From: Mobula hypostoma
Taxonomy: Eukaryota
Direction: 5' to 3'
Length of the DNA: 64,000 bases
Assembly: GCF_963921235.1 (NCBI RefSeq)
Contig: NC_086126.1
Location: forward strand, 17,732,001 to 17,796,000
The notes below the pieces were generated by a model, which saw only the letters and a program-made list of their open reading frames with translations, was not told where the DNA came from and searched no databases. Position 1 is the stretch's first letter. Each line of letters begins with the position of its first letter. The translations under genes were made by a program, and so were the position numbers. Shown one piece after another: positions 50,400 to 63,518 of the stretch.

Positions 50400-53370
50400 T
50401 GTAACAGAAGTTTAACGAGAGAAATGTGTGGTTTAAAGAGGATGAGGAAAAGCAAGCAGGCTGCGAGTGGAACGGCTCAGGATTTCCGGAGCGAAGGTAT
50501 TTTACTACTCGGAGTAAAGAGAGGCAAGACTGCACAGGCGCGTGACATCAGCCAGTAGAGCGGGAAAAGGTTAAAAAGACCGCCATATCCAGCGGGCAGC
50601 AGAGTGAGAGGGCTTTGGCTCAACGGGCTTAGGTGGTAACGAGACGAGGTAGGTTTACCTGTGTTAATTGCGGAAAGGAAGTATGTGTGTGAGACCGGTG
50701 TTCTGTGCTCGGTGTCCGATGTGGAAAGTTCTGGAGTCTCCCAGCCTCCTGGATGGCAATATCCGCACCCGGTGTGTTGAGCTGCGGCTCCTAAGGGACC
50801 GCGTTAGGGAACGGGAGTTGCAGCTCATTGACCTTTGTCTGGTCAGGGAGAGCGAGGAGGTGATAGAAGGGAGTTATAGGCAGGTGATCACACCGGGACC
50901 ACAGGAGACAGACAAGTGGTTAAGAGTCAGGAGAGGGAAGGGGAAGAGTCAGGTACCAGAGAGTAGCCCTGTGGCTGTCCCCCTGAACAGTAAGTACTCC
51001 TGTTTGAGTACTGTTGGGGGGGAGGGGTGAGATAGCCTACCTGGAGGAAGCAACAGTGGCCGTGCCTCTCACACAGAGTCTGGCCGTGTGGCTCAGAAGG
51101 GCAGGGAAAGGAAGAGAAAGGCAGCAGTGATAGGGAACTCTTCAGTTAGGCGATTCTGTGGATGCAGGAAAGAAACATGGATGGTAATTTGCCTCCTAGA
51201 TGCCAGGGTCCTGGAAGTTTCAGATTGCGTCCAAAATATCCTGCAGTGGAATGGAGAACAGCCAGAGGTCGTGGTACATACTGGTACCACTGACGTAGGT
51301 AGGAAAAGGGAAGAGGTCCTGAAAACAGTCCACAGGGAGTTAGGAAGGAAGTTGAGAAGCAGGAGAGCAAAGTTAGTAATCTCGGGATTACTGCCGGTGC
51401 CACGTGACAGTGAGTATAGGAATAGAATGAGCTGGAGGATAAATGAATGGCTGAGGGATTGAAGCAGGGTGCAGGGATTCAGATTTCTGGATCATTGGGA
51501 CCTCTTTTGGGGCAGGTGTGACCTGTACAAAAAGGACAAGTTGCACTTGAATCCCACGGGGACCAATATCTTTACGGGGAGGTTTGCTACTGGGGAGAGT
51601 TTAAACTAGAACTGTTGGGGGGTGGGAACTGAACTGAAGAGACTGGGGAAGAGGCGGTTGGCTTACAAATAGAGAAAGCTTGGAGATGGTGTGTGAGGGA
51701 GGACAGGCAAGTGATAGAGAAGGTACGTGCTCAGACCAACGGTTTGAGATGTGTCTATTTTAACGCAAGGAGTATTGTGAACAAAGCGGATGAGCTTAGA
51801 GCATGTATCACTACTTGGAGCTATGATGTGGTGGCCATTACAGAGACTTGGATGGCTCAGGGACAGGAATGGTTACTTCAAGTGCTGGGTTTTAGATGTT
51901 TCAGGACGGACAGAGAGGAAGGCAAAAGAGATGGGGCGTGGCACTGTTGATCAGAGATAGTGTCGTGGCTGCAGAAAAGGAGGACGTCATGGGAGGATTG
52001 TCTTCAGAGTCTCTGTGGGTGGAGGTTAGGAACAGGAAGAGGTCAATTACTCTACTGGGTGGTTTTCATAGGCCACCCAATAGTAACAGGGATATCGAGG
52101 AGCAGATAGGGAAACAGATCCTGGAAATGTGTAATAATAAGAGTTGTCGCGGTGGGAGATTTTAATTTCCCAAATATCGATTGGCATCTTCCCCGAGCAA
52201 GGGGTTTAGATAGGGTGGAGTTTGTTAGGTGTGTTCAGGAAGGTTTCTTGACACAATGTGTAGAAAAGCCTACAAGAGGAGAGACTGTACTTGATTTGGT
52301 ATTGGGAAATGAACCTGGTCAGGTGTCAGTTCTCTCAGCAGGAGAGCATTTTGGAGATAGTGATCATAATTCTATTTCCTTTACAATAGCATTGGGAGAG
52401 CTAGGAACAGAAAAGCGTTTAATTGGAGTAAGGGGAATTATGAGGCTATCAGGCAGAAACTTGGAAGCTTAAATTGGGAACAGATGTTCTCAGGGAAAGG
52501 TACGTAAGAAATGTGGCAAATGTTCAAGGGATATTCGTGTGAAGTTCTGCATAGGTATGTTCCAATGAGACAGGAAAGTTATGGTAGGGTACAGGAACCG
52601 TGGTGTACAAAGGCTGTAGTAAATCTAGTCAAGAAGAGAAAAGCTTACAAAAGGTTAAGAGAGTTAGGTACTGTTAGAAATCTAGAAGATTGTCAGGCTA
52701 ACAGGAAGGAGCTTAAGAAGGAAATTAGGAGAGCCAGAAGGGGCCATGAGAAGCCCTTGGCGGGCAGGATTAAGGAAAACCCCAAGGCAGTCTACAATTA
52801 TGTGAAAAGCAAGAGGATAAAATGTGAAAGAATAGGACCTATCAAGTGTGACAGTGGGAAAGTGTGTATGGAACCGAAGGAAATAGCAGAGGTACTTAAT
52901 GAATACATTACTTCAATATTCACTACAGAAAAGGATCTTGATGATTTTAGTGATGACTTGCAGCGGACTGAAAAGATTGAGCATGTAGATATGAAGAAAG
53001 AGGATGTGCAGAGGTTTTGGAAAGCATCAGCTTGGATAGGTCACTGGATGGGACGAGATGTACTGCAGGCAACTGTGGGAGGCAATGGAGAAGATTGCTG
53101 AATGTCTGGCGATGATCTTTGCATCATCAATGAGGATGGGAGAGGTTCCGGAGGATTGGAGGGTTGCAAATGTTGTTCCCTTATTCAAGAAAGGGAATAG
53201 GGATAGCCCAGGAAATTATAGGGCAGTGATTCTTACTTCAGTGTTTGGTAAGTTGTTGGAGAAGATCCTGAAAGGCAGGATTTGTGAACATTTGGACAGG
53301 CATAATATGATTAGGAATAGTCGGCATGGCTTCGTCAAAGCAGGCCGTTCCTTGCGAGCCTGATTGAATA
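50400..53370 (+). mobile_element. CR1 LINE with 5' UTR, ORF1 (Zn finger/coiled coil plus SGNH esterase) and ORF2 5' part; degenerate
   Basis: CARCPMW..RCVELRLLRDRVRE.ELQL, AAVIG.S, VVVHTGT.D, LHLN; YFNARSI, ITETW, GDFN, SDHN. Confidence 0.9.
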
Positions 53371-53736
53371 TTTCAAGCATTCATAATGTATTATTGGGCT
53401 GTTAATATACGTTATGTGTGTTCTTGGTTATAGTGGACTAATAAAAATGAACGACCACTTTGGGTTGATTTGGAATTGAAAGCTGTGAAACAATTTTACT
53501 TAACTTCGTTATTAGGCTTCTTTACCTGTACAATTAGCCAAATTTTCTAGTCTAAATTTATATCCTATGATTAAGCAGTCATTATGAATTTGGTACCAGT
53601 TTCGTAATTTTTTTTAATCTGACAAAATTTAACCTTCTTAGTTTAATTTATCGAAACTATTCAGTTAAACCTTCACTTAGTGATCTTGCCTTTTCTCTTT
53701 GGAGGAATAAAGGAGTTTATTCCTTCATGTATCTGT

Positions 53737-54216
53737 TCCAAATTGCTTAAGGACAACAAAGTCATGGTATTGGAGTGGCCATCACAAAGCCCTGACCTCA
53801 ATCCGATAGAAAATTTGTGGGCAGACCTGAAAAAGCATGTGCGAGCAAGGAGGCCTACAAACCTGACTCAGTTACACCAGTTCTGTCTGGAGGAATGGAA
53901 CTAAATTCCAGCTACTTACTCTGTGGAAGGCTACCCAAAACATTTGATGGAAGTTAAACCATTTAAAGGCAATGCTACCGAATACTAACAAAGTGTATGC
54001 AAACTTCTGACCCACTGGGAAACTGATGAAATAAATAAAAGCTGAAATAAATCATTCTCTCTACTGTTATTCTGACATTTCACATTCTTAAAATAAAGTA
54101 GTGATCCTAACTGACCTAAGACAGGGAATATTTTCTCGGATTAAATGTCAGCAATTGTGAAAAACTGAGTTTAAATGTATATGGCCAAGGTGTATGTAAA
54201 CTCCTGACTTCAACTG
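53737..54216 (+). mobile_element. Sleeping Beauty-like Tc1 3' end (transposase C-terminus plus right IR/DR)
   Basis: LKDNKVMVLEWPSQSPDLNPIENLWADLKKHVRARRPTNLTQLHQ; two DRs; ends gtgtatgtaaactcctgacttcaactg-TA. Confidence 0.92.
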
Positions 54217-54219
54217 TAG

Positions 54220-54925
54220 TATTAATGGCAGGACTCTTGGCCATGTGGAGGATCAGAGGGATCTTGGGTTCCGATTCCATAGGACACGCAAAGTTGCCAC
54301 TCAGGTTGACTCTGTGGTTAGGAAGACATATGGTTCATTGGCCTTCATCAACAGTGGGATTAAGTTTAAGAGCCAAATGGTAAATTTGCAGCTCTGTAGA
54401 ACCCTGGTCAGACCCCACTTGGAGTACTGTGCTCAATGCTGGTCACCTCACTAGAGGAAGGATGTGGAAACCATAGAGAAGGTGCAGAGGAGATTTACAA
54501 GGCTGTAGCCTGGATGGGGAGCATGCCTCATGAGAATAGGTTGAGTGAACTTGGCCTTTTCTCTTGGAGCGACGGAGGATGAGAGGTGATCTGATAGAGG
54601 TGCAGAAAATAACGAGAGTCATTGATCATGTGGATGCTCAGAGGTTTTTTTTTCCCAGGGCTGAACTGACTCGCACGACAGGACATAGATTTAAGGTGGA
54701 TGGAAGTAGGCACAGAGGAGATGTCAGTGGTAAGTTTTTTTATTATGCAGAGAGTAGTGAGTGCATGGAATGGGCTGCCGGCGGCAGTGGTGAAGGTGGA
54801 AACAATAGGGTCTTTTAAGCAACTCCTGGATGGATACATGGAGCTCAGAAAAATAGAGGGCTATGCGTAAGCCGAGGTAGTTCTACGGTAAGGGCATCTT
54901 TGCTGTAGGTTTTCTATGTTTCTAA
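54220..54925 (+). mobile_element. CR1 3' end
   Basis: QRDLG, LVRPHLEYCAQ.WSP, RRMRGDLIEV, ttctatgt tail. Confidence 0.85.
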
Positions 54926-55049
54926 CATTATCTAAGTTTTAGATGAAATTCCTAAATCTGCAGAAATTCTGCACTAAGATAATCTGTCAATTTTGGGGAA
55001 ATTACAGTCACACATTACTCAGTTGCTTTTACAATTTTCCATAACCTGC

Positions 55050-56900
55050 CCACATTCATGTTTCTCTTTCTGCCAGTGGCATTTCCAAAACTTTTCGAAA
55101 TTGAAACACACATAATTCAAGGTTCTCCTTTATCATCTCTCTGTTAGATCCTGAGAGATGCTCAGTGGGAGGGAGGGGATAGATAGTATCTGTGAATAGC
55201 AGTCCACTATCAGGGTTGTACAGGTGTCTGTCTTTGAAGTGCCTGTGTTGCACAAGGGTTTAATGGTGGGTTATAGTGCTGGGTATGTACAGGTCTGTGT
55301 ACTCACTGCACAGTGCTATGAGTATTATTGGCCTGTGTCCTGGTATTGAAGGTCTGGATATTGTAAAGCTCACTGTCCCTGTATTCAGCTGCTGCCTTTC
55401 TTGAGCAGTCACATATGCAGGGTATGTTTATAACAGAAATAGACTCTGTCCGTCCCCTTGCAAGACGGGCCAGATATTATTAGGTTCTGTCTCCTTACAG
55501 TACGGTACCAGCAATTTAAACATCATATTTAACAGCATGTGGTCTGTGTATCCCAAAGGACTAAATAACCCACAGGATTTACCCATCTAAATGGTCTGAG
55601 AGTCCCAACAGCACCTCCTCTTCAGTATCAACATGCCAGAGAATATCACCATACCCCCTTTCTGATCACGCTGTCCTCCATATCCTTCTCCTTAGTGAAC
55701 ACCAATGCAATGTGTTCATCTTCTACCTGGCATGCTAACTCTGGCTCCAGGCATAAACTCAATGTATTCATTTTCTGGTCACTGTTCGCTCTCCTGATTC
55801 ACAGTGTGACTTATTTCTTGCTTCTGGTATAGTTCTCCAAGACCCTGTCTAATTTCATCTTCCTCAACCTTACACATGACTCCTCTTGCATTTTTAAACA
55901 AATTCTCACCACCCTCAGTTCCTGAATGTCCCTGTCCTTCTCCAGCTTCCTCACAGAGACAGGGAACTCCTGAATTCTGACCGGCTGGGCTGTAAGTGAC
56001 GCTGGCATGTCAGACAACACTTAACATTAGCTCCATCCAGTAACATCAGTTCCCAGACTACTCTGTATGATTCCTGCTCAATTCTGCTGTAATTTGTCTT
56101 CAACAAACTTACATTCATCCACCTGCAGGTCCATTTTTATCCTTATCAGTAACCTCCTTAAAACTTTCTGCATTATCATCCTTAATTTTCTTTTCCCAAT
56201 GAATCTCCAATGATCGTGTTAGGCTCATTCCACAATACCTTGCCAAATATGCCCCCTCCCTGGCGGACCATCTATACACTGTTTCTGGAAACCTTCCTGA
56301 ACATACCTCACAAATAATGTCCCGTCCAAGCCTCAGGTGGTAAAGGAGTCCCTGTCATTCGGAGAAGATTATTCACCCACTACAGCTACTCTATTGTTTT
56401 TACATTAGTCCATAACCTGCTGACTTATCTTTTCCTCTCATTTACTGGCTATTGTGAGGTCTACAGTATAATCCCATCACAGTGATTGCACCTCTCTTAT
56501 TCCTGATTTCTGCCCACATTGTCTTACTGGATGAGCCTCTGTGATGACCTCAAACTTGTGACATTCTGACTGATCGGCAGTACAGCTCCCCAACCTCTTT
56601 TGACTCCCTCTGGACTGTCTGAATCATATAAATCCTGGAATGTTCAGATACCAGTCCTGCCCTTCTCTCAAACAGATCCTGTAATGGATGAATCACCGTG
56701 ACATTGCTAATCCAGGCTCTAAGTACACCTGTTTTCACTGTTCTACACTCTGCCCTGAAATGAACTCACATCTGCCTTTCGGTGCCACTTTGCTCATTAA
56801 TGTGTCCCCATCTTTACTTCCTTTGGGGGTTCTTTGACCTCACCTCTACCTTCCGCTCAATGCTACTTACTGAGCTGTAGCTCAGGATCCCAACACCCGC
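55050..56900 (-). mobile_element. Old CR1 fragments
   Basis: Decayed APE and linker motifs on the minus strand. Confidence 0.55.
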
Positions 56901-56944
56901 TCCACATGGCACATGATAAAAATCATCAGGGTGGCTCCAGAAGC

Positions 56945-58310
56945 AAAAAGTAAATTATAGACCTGTTAGCTTGACATCGGTGGTTGGGAAGTTGTTGGAG
57001 TCGATTGTCAAGGATGAGGTTACAGAGTACCTGGAGGCATATGACAAGATAGGCAGAACTCAGCACGGATTCCTTAAAGGAAATTCCTGCCTGACAAACC
57101 TATTACAATTTTTTGGGGAAATTACCAGTAGGCTAGACAAGGGAGATGTAGTGGATGTTGTATATTTGGATTTTCAGAAGGCCTTTGACAAGGTGCCACA
57201 CATGAGGCTACTTAACAAGATAAGAGCCCATGGAATTACGGGAAAGTTACATACATGGATAGAGTGTTGGCTGATTGGGAGGAAACAGAGAGTGGGAATA
57301 ATGGGATCCTATTCTGGTTGCCAGTTGCCGGTTACCAGTGGTGTTCCACAGGGGTCAGTGTTGGGGCCGCTTCTTTATACATTGTACATCAACGATTTGG
57401 ATTATGGAACAGATGGCTTTGTGGCTAAGTTTGCTGATGATACGAAGATAGGTGGAGGGGCCGGTAGTGCTGAGGAAACGGAGAGTCTGCAGAGAGACTT
57501 GGATAGATTGGAAGAATGGGCAGAGAAGTGGCAAATGAAGTACAATGTTGGAAAGTGTATGGTTATGCACTTTGGCAGAAGAAATAAACGGACAGACTAT
57601 TATTTAAATAGGGAAAGAATTTAAAGTTCTGAGATGCAACGGGACTTGGGAGTCCTCATACAGGATACACTTAAGGTTAACCTCCAGGTTGTTTGAGTAG
57701 TGAAGAAGGTGAATGCAATGTTGGCATTCATTTCTAGAGGAATAGAGTATAGGAGCAGGGATGTGATGTTGAGGCTCTATAAGGCGCTGGTGAGACCTCA
57801 CTTGTAGTACTGTGGGCAGTTTTGGTCTCTTTACTTAAGAAAGGATGTGCTGACGTTGGAGAGGGTACAGAGAAGATTCACTAGAATGATTTCGGGAATG
57901 ATAGGGTTAACGTATGAGGAACGTTTGTCCGCTCTTGGACTGTATTCCTTGGAGTTTAGAAGAATGAGGGTAGACCTCATAGAAACATTTGGAATGTTGA
58001 AAGGCATGGACAGGGTGGATGTGGCAATATTGTTTCCCATGATGGGGGAGTCTAGTACGAGAGGGCATGATTTAAGGATTGAAGGGCGCCCATTCAGAAT
58101 AGAAATGCGAAGAATTTTTTTTTAGTCAGTGGGTGGTGAATCCATGGAATTTTTTACCTCGGGCAGCAATGGAGGCCAAGTCATTGGGTGTATTTAAGGG
58201 AGAGATTAATAGGTATCTGAGTAGCCAGGGCATCAAAGGTTATGGTGAGAAGGTGGGGGAGTGGGACTATATGGGAGAATGATCAGCTCATGATAAAATG
58301 GAGGATCAGA
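56945..58310 (+). mobile_element. CR1 RT to 3' end
   Basis: [48 protein letters not shown]. Confidence 0.92.
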
Positions 58311-58314
58311 CTCT

Positions 58315-58555
58315 AAAGCAACACACACAAAATGGAAAAGATTAAACAGTTGACGGGATTCTGATGAACCGTCTCGGCAGGAGAAGTCGACAATTTACTC
58401 TTTTCCATAAATGCTGCCTGGATTGCTGAGTTCCTTCAGCATCTTGTGTGAGGAAAATGGTAAACAGTCGACGTTTCGAGTCGAGACCCTTCATCACGAT
58501 CTGATTTTGTGTGAGTTGTTTTGTATTTCGAGCATCTGCAGATTTTCTCATGTTC
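58315..58555. mobile_element. Compound fold-back PLE-derived elements with hammerhead motifs (+ 58361-58391; - 58465-58503)
   Basis: Minus copy: gtgatga-agggtctcgactc-gaa-acgt-c-gactg. Confidence 0.75.
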
Positions 58556-58659
58556 GTTTTGTAACTCTGTTCATCACATTGTTTCCATTTACCCACAAGT
58601 GGGGGAGAGAATTGGGAGCATGACGGCAGTTGAATTGTAAAACTTTGCAGCGTTTATTT

Positions 58660-59561
58660 CTAACGTTTCCTGAGTTTCAAAATCTGATTCAGTGGGTATT
58701 TCACGGCATTCTTTAGTTCCTCTCGGAATTTGCTCTGAGTCAGGGCGTAAATACACGTGTTGGTGCAGGAACTGAGAATCTGCAGCATTCCCGATGCTTG
58801 GTCTGTGATGTAACGGGGATCCGTGACAGAATAAACAAAACTCATTGAAATCCGTCTATAGATAGAAAATACCACCGTTGTTCCCCACAACAATATGAAA
58901 CTACCGGTGATGATGAAGAGCAAAACGATGGATTTGCGTCGGTTCTCCATCTCCCGGTCCTTGTCATTCTCTCCACTCTTTTGTCCCCGGAGCCCCCTGC
59001 GGGCTCGACTGGCCGCTAGAATCCGCCTGACAGTCAGAATATTGAACAGCAACATCAGACAGAATGGGAAACAAGGGACTAAAATGCGGTGAAACACTTC
59101 AAATGCTGACCATGAGGGAGAGTTTGTGAAGCTCGGTGTCATAACACAATCCCAGGGAACACCGTCAATTATTTCTCCAGCCCCATACACAAAGCCCCAG
59201 GGGACAGTCTCCAAACAGGACAGCACACTCACTGTCCCGATAACCACAGCCGCCGTTCTCTCGGTGCAATATTTTGTTTTCAGCTTCTCACAGCAAATAG
59301 CCACAAATCGATCGACGGTGAAAGCGACAGTCAGCCAGACTGAGGTCGCAGTGCTCGCAGCAACCAACCATTCACCGAGTCTGCACACAGGAGTGATTCG
59401 CAGGAATGATCGGGGAAAATAAATCCGAGCAGTCCACTTCATCAGCGGATCGGAGATAACGACCAGGAGATCGGCCGCTGCCTTTCCCACCAGGTAACGA
59501 GTGACACATTTGGAGAGACCGCACTTTCCCCGGGACAGGATCACAATCGTCACCAAGTTCG
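58660..59561 (-). CDS. GPR139/GPR142-like class A GPCR, exon 2
   Basis: ANLVTIVILSRG, AADLL, AFTVDRFVAIC, SCTNTCIYALTQSKFREEL; acceptor ctctcttccag; AATAAA directly after the stop. Confidence 0.9.
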
Positions 59562-60345
59562 CTGGAAGAGAGACAGGGATCAGCAACTTGAGGAAGTACT
59601 GAGCAGACGCCAATGCAGCAGTTTGGTGGAGACAGTAAAATAAATTACACAACCTCACAAACAGACATGACGCCTCTCGTTGTTTCCATCACAGGGAAGC
59701 AGGGGAGAGGAATTCAACGTCCAGCAGCAAACTCGGTGCCGTGTCAGATGTCTGTCAGATAGAGATATGATGGAAAACGTTTCACTCTGAAGCACGAGGT
59801 TAGCTTTGTTAATTGACTCTGCAATGAGTTCAGTCTGTTTTCCATCAGCTGTTCACATTCAGTCAAACCGCAGACATTTATTTAAAATCGACAATAGATT
59901 CGATCTACAACAGGAAGGTCCGCACATTTGCTAAATTGTTACTACCAATCATTTGTTTGAGTGTTGCTCCTAACTCAGAAATTCACTCACATATAAATGC
60001 AGACGATCAATCGGTATAATCTCCGCGGGCTCTATAAACACAATATTTGCAGATGCTGCCAGACCAAACGCACAGAGACGGAACATCCCATTATTGATCA
60101 CAAACCGCTGGAAGAACACTGTCTGACCAGCTCAGTTCCACCCATGTCGGCGGATTCGCTAAATTCCTGCAGCGGTTTGTTTCTAGATCCAAATTCCAGC
60201 ATCTGTCGTCCCGGTGTTTCCACTCCATTCCTGAAAAGCGGAATACCGGGACTGGAATGTGAGAGTTTAAACCGGCGGCAGAATCAATCACAACATTGGA
60301 ATTAAACTTCAACATCCGCCCACGACAGCTGACACTACGGCTTAC

Positions 60346-60415
60346 CGGGAATTCCAAAGGCTGAAATAAAAGGATAGTAAACGGCTTCTATCCGCCAGAT
60401 GACTGAATGCACCAT
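60346..60415 (-). CDS. GPR139/GPR142-like GPCR, exon 1
   Basis: MVHSVIWRIEAVYYPFISAFGIP + G|gtaagc; phase 1 joins exon 2 in frame to give 323 aa; TATAAAT (rc) 60494-60500. Confidence 0.85.
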
Positions 60416-60847
60416 TTCAGTGCGAATCTGTGATTTCTGTTGCTCCTGTATTCACAGCTCCGGCTGACAGCTGATGCATTCAAAGCGGCCCTGATTTATA
60501 CAGAGGGTCTGTCTCCAGAGATACGGTTATACTCCTCACTAACTTGCTCAGTTACAGTTGCTTGAACAAACACTTTCATTCAATACCATTGTCTGTATTG
60601 TAAATATTGGAGCGATTGGAGACAAATCCATGAAAATTCTTTGGCATTATCTCAGCAGAGTCTCTGGTGAAAATAGGCCGGTTGATTTAATTACAAAGAC
60701 TGAGCTTTGTCACGGAGCAGCGACATTTACATATTTCGTCTTTTTGTTGGCTAATTACTGATTTCTGAACGGACACCAGCCACACTAACCGATCTCTACC
60801 TCTGTCCCCACAGTTTCCCATTTTGTAAATGTTCTTTAGTACTTCAT

Positions 60848-61235
60848 NNNNNNNNNNNNNNNNNNNNNNNNNNNNNNNNNNNNNNNNNNNNNNNNNNNNN
60901 NNNNNNNNNNNNNNNNNNNNNNNNNNNNNNNNNNNNNNNNNNNNNNNNNNNNNNNNNNNNNNNNNNNNNNNNNNNNNNNNNNNNNNNNNNNNNNNNNNNN
61001 NNNNNNNNNNNNNNNNNNNNNNNNNNNNNNNNNNNNNNNNNNNNNNNNNNNNNNNNNNNNNNNNNNNNNNNNNNNNNNNNNNNNNNNNNNNNNNNNNNNN
61101 NNNNNNNNNNNNNNNNNNNNNNNNNNNNNNNNNNNNNNNNNNNNNNNNNNNNNNNNNNNNNNNNNNNNNNNNNNNNNNNNNNNNNNNNNNNNNNNNNNNN
61201 NNNNNNNNNNNNNNNNNNNNNNNNNNNNNNNNNNN
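60848..61235. other. Assembly gap (388 N)
   Basis: Run of N. Confidence 1.
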
Positions 61236-61589
61236 TTGTATTTCTATGTTATATCAAATGTCCTGTTGTACATACTGGACAGGTATATGGAGGAATTTAA
61301 GGTGGGGAGTTGAATGGAAGGCAGGGTTTGTGGGTCCGCACAACACTGTGGGCCAAATGGCCTGTACTGTGCTGTATTATTCTACACTTCTATGCTCTAT
61401 GCTTACTATAAATTGCACATTGCACATTTAGACGGAGACGTAACTAGAGATGTTTACTCCTTGTGTATATGAAGAATGTAAGTTATAAAGTCAATTCAAT
61501 TCAAAACCCACAACCTCAGATTCGAACAAAGATACAATAGTGAGGGTTAGGATGAAAACGGTCAAATGAGCACATTGCTAACGTACAAT

Positions 61590-61675
61590 CAAGAGAAAAT
61601 ATGCAGATGTTGGAAATCCAAGGCAACGCAAGAAATTCTGCTGAGCTCCTCCAGCATTCTGTGTGTGATATTGCT
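61590..61675. mobile_element. Short fold-back PLE tail (hammerhead deleted)
   Basis: tgcagatgttggaaatc...gctgagctcctccagcattctgtgtgtg. Confidence 0.6.
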
Positions 61676-61869
61676 GAAGTCACAGTCTTTAATGGGCATC
61701 TCAAATCTGTCAAATGTCAAAATAAATTGAGAAGGAATATTTCAATCTGCAAAAGAATTGGCAGACTGGTTAAATAATAAAGAAAAGTACTCGAAACAGG
61801 GAGATGAATAGATGCAGGATGACTGGAAGTGAAGGAGAAAAAAGACAATCGTGAGATAACACCTTAGCT

Positions 61870-61890
61870 GAGAGAGAGAGAGAGAGAGGC

Positions 61891-61921
<31 letters not shown>

Positions 61922-61927
61922 GAGAGA
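61870..61927 (+). repeat. (GA)n microsatellite
   Basis: Direct reading. Confidence 0.95.
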
Positions 61928-62039
61928 CATACAATTGGACAGATGCTGCTCCTGTATCTCCCAGTCTCTGTTACAGAGTGAGGGTGTAGGAGTCAATCTC
62001 TGCTGGTCAGTTTCGGGTGCCTTGTGTAAATGTCGGCTT

Positions 62040-62878
62040 GATTCTGTCCCTGTCAGTCTCTGGTACAGTGTGAGAGTGTGGGGTTCATTCTGTACCTGTC
62101 AGTCTCTGGTACAGTGTGAGAGTGTGGGGTTCATTCTGTACCTGTCAGTCTCTGGTGCAGTGTGAGAGTGTGGGGTTCATTCTGTACCTGTCAGTCTCTG
62201 GTGCAGTGTGAGAGTGTGGGGTTCATTCTGTACCTGTCAGTCTCCGCTACTGTGTGATATTTGTGGTTAACACTGCATCTTTCAATCTCTCATCTCGTGT
62301 AACATTACAACATTTCTTTCAGATTTATTCTTGCAGTTGAATTTTTTGAGTAAGTCTATTTTTCATTTTAATCAATACCACAGGGATGATGCCACAGGTT
62401 ACATTGAGCTAATATTCAGGTACTTTGCAGCAGAGCATCTGGAGCAACAAGACTAGACCATTAATTCAAACACTATTCTGTGATAAATATATAACTTTCC
62501 TCGAGTCTCGGTGTGGGACGGTTTGAGTGGTGTGTACTCTGTAGTGACATTTGGGCTGATGGAATTGAGAATGATTTTGACTGTAGATTTGTAACCCGTG
62601 TGTGCACAGTGATCAGTAATGAGACCTCTGTTTGATCAGAGTAAAACACACATGGTTGATCAGATCACTGATGACGTGAATATTGGTGCAGTTGTGGGTG
62701 GTGAGGAAGGTTGTCAAACGGACAGAAATGGATGTAGATCAATTGGAATCATGGATGGAGAAACGGGGGACAGAGTTTAATCTGGACAAGTGTGACGAGT
62801 TTACATTCCAATGTTGGAGGAACGTACACAGTAAATGACAGCACCTTTGGGAGCACTGATATATCTCGATGTGTCTGT
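62040..62878 (-). repeat. Inverted paralog of 11900-13200, including about 4.5 copies of the 46-bp minisatellite (62040-62245)
   Basis: Reverse-complement similarity. Confidence 0.9.
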
Positions 62879-63483
62879 TGTGACGAAAGAGGGTTACAAA
62901 AAGTACACATAGATTAAGATGTTAACTGTCCTGTGCTGGCACCAGTGGGATCAACAGTTGATCTGCCACCTGTCTTCAGGAGAAAGAAAGATAAGGAAGA
63001 CAATGGAGCAGCATTTGGAAATGTTAATGAAGAGACGAGAGAGTTTAATGGAAGGAGACACCGGTCTGGGTATTTGTCAAGATCGGCTCCTTTCTGAACC
63101 CTGAACTATTTGAATTGTGATGGACAGGCGATACCCCAGCAGGGGGATTAAAAGGGACAGGTTCGCTAAGGCAGCACACGACACGACATTACGAGGTAAC
63201 GAGACCCTGGAAGCGGTGCGCCTCCCACAAGTCGGTGGGAACTGTTGGAGGTCTGTCGCGGGACCAGCCAGAGACGCACAGGGTAGAAAGGTACGGATTG
63301 GCGGAAAACTGGTGTGTGTGTCCACCCTTGCCTGGGTGCTGGGTTCAGCGCAGAAGAACAATCGTATCTGAAACGTAGGGGTCACAGTCGGTGACCTCAG
63401 AAGACATTACAAAGGGCTCGCCCGAAAGCTGACTGTGAGGAATATCGAAGGTCTGTTTGGAATCTGATTTGAATATTCATTCG

Positions 63484-63518
<35 letters not shown>

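Noticed and set aside
59562-59658. ORF-track N-terminus of the GPCR
   Set aside because: Intronic; a clear acceptor and an in-frame upstream exon exist
60829-61431. 200-aa ORF
   Set aside because: Artefact of the N gap
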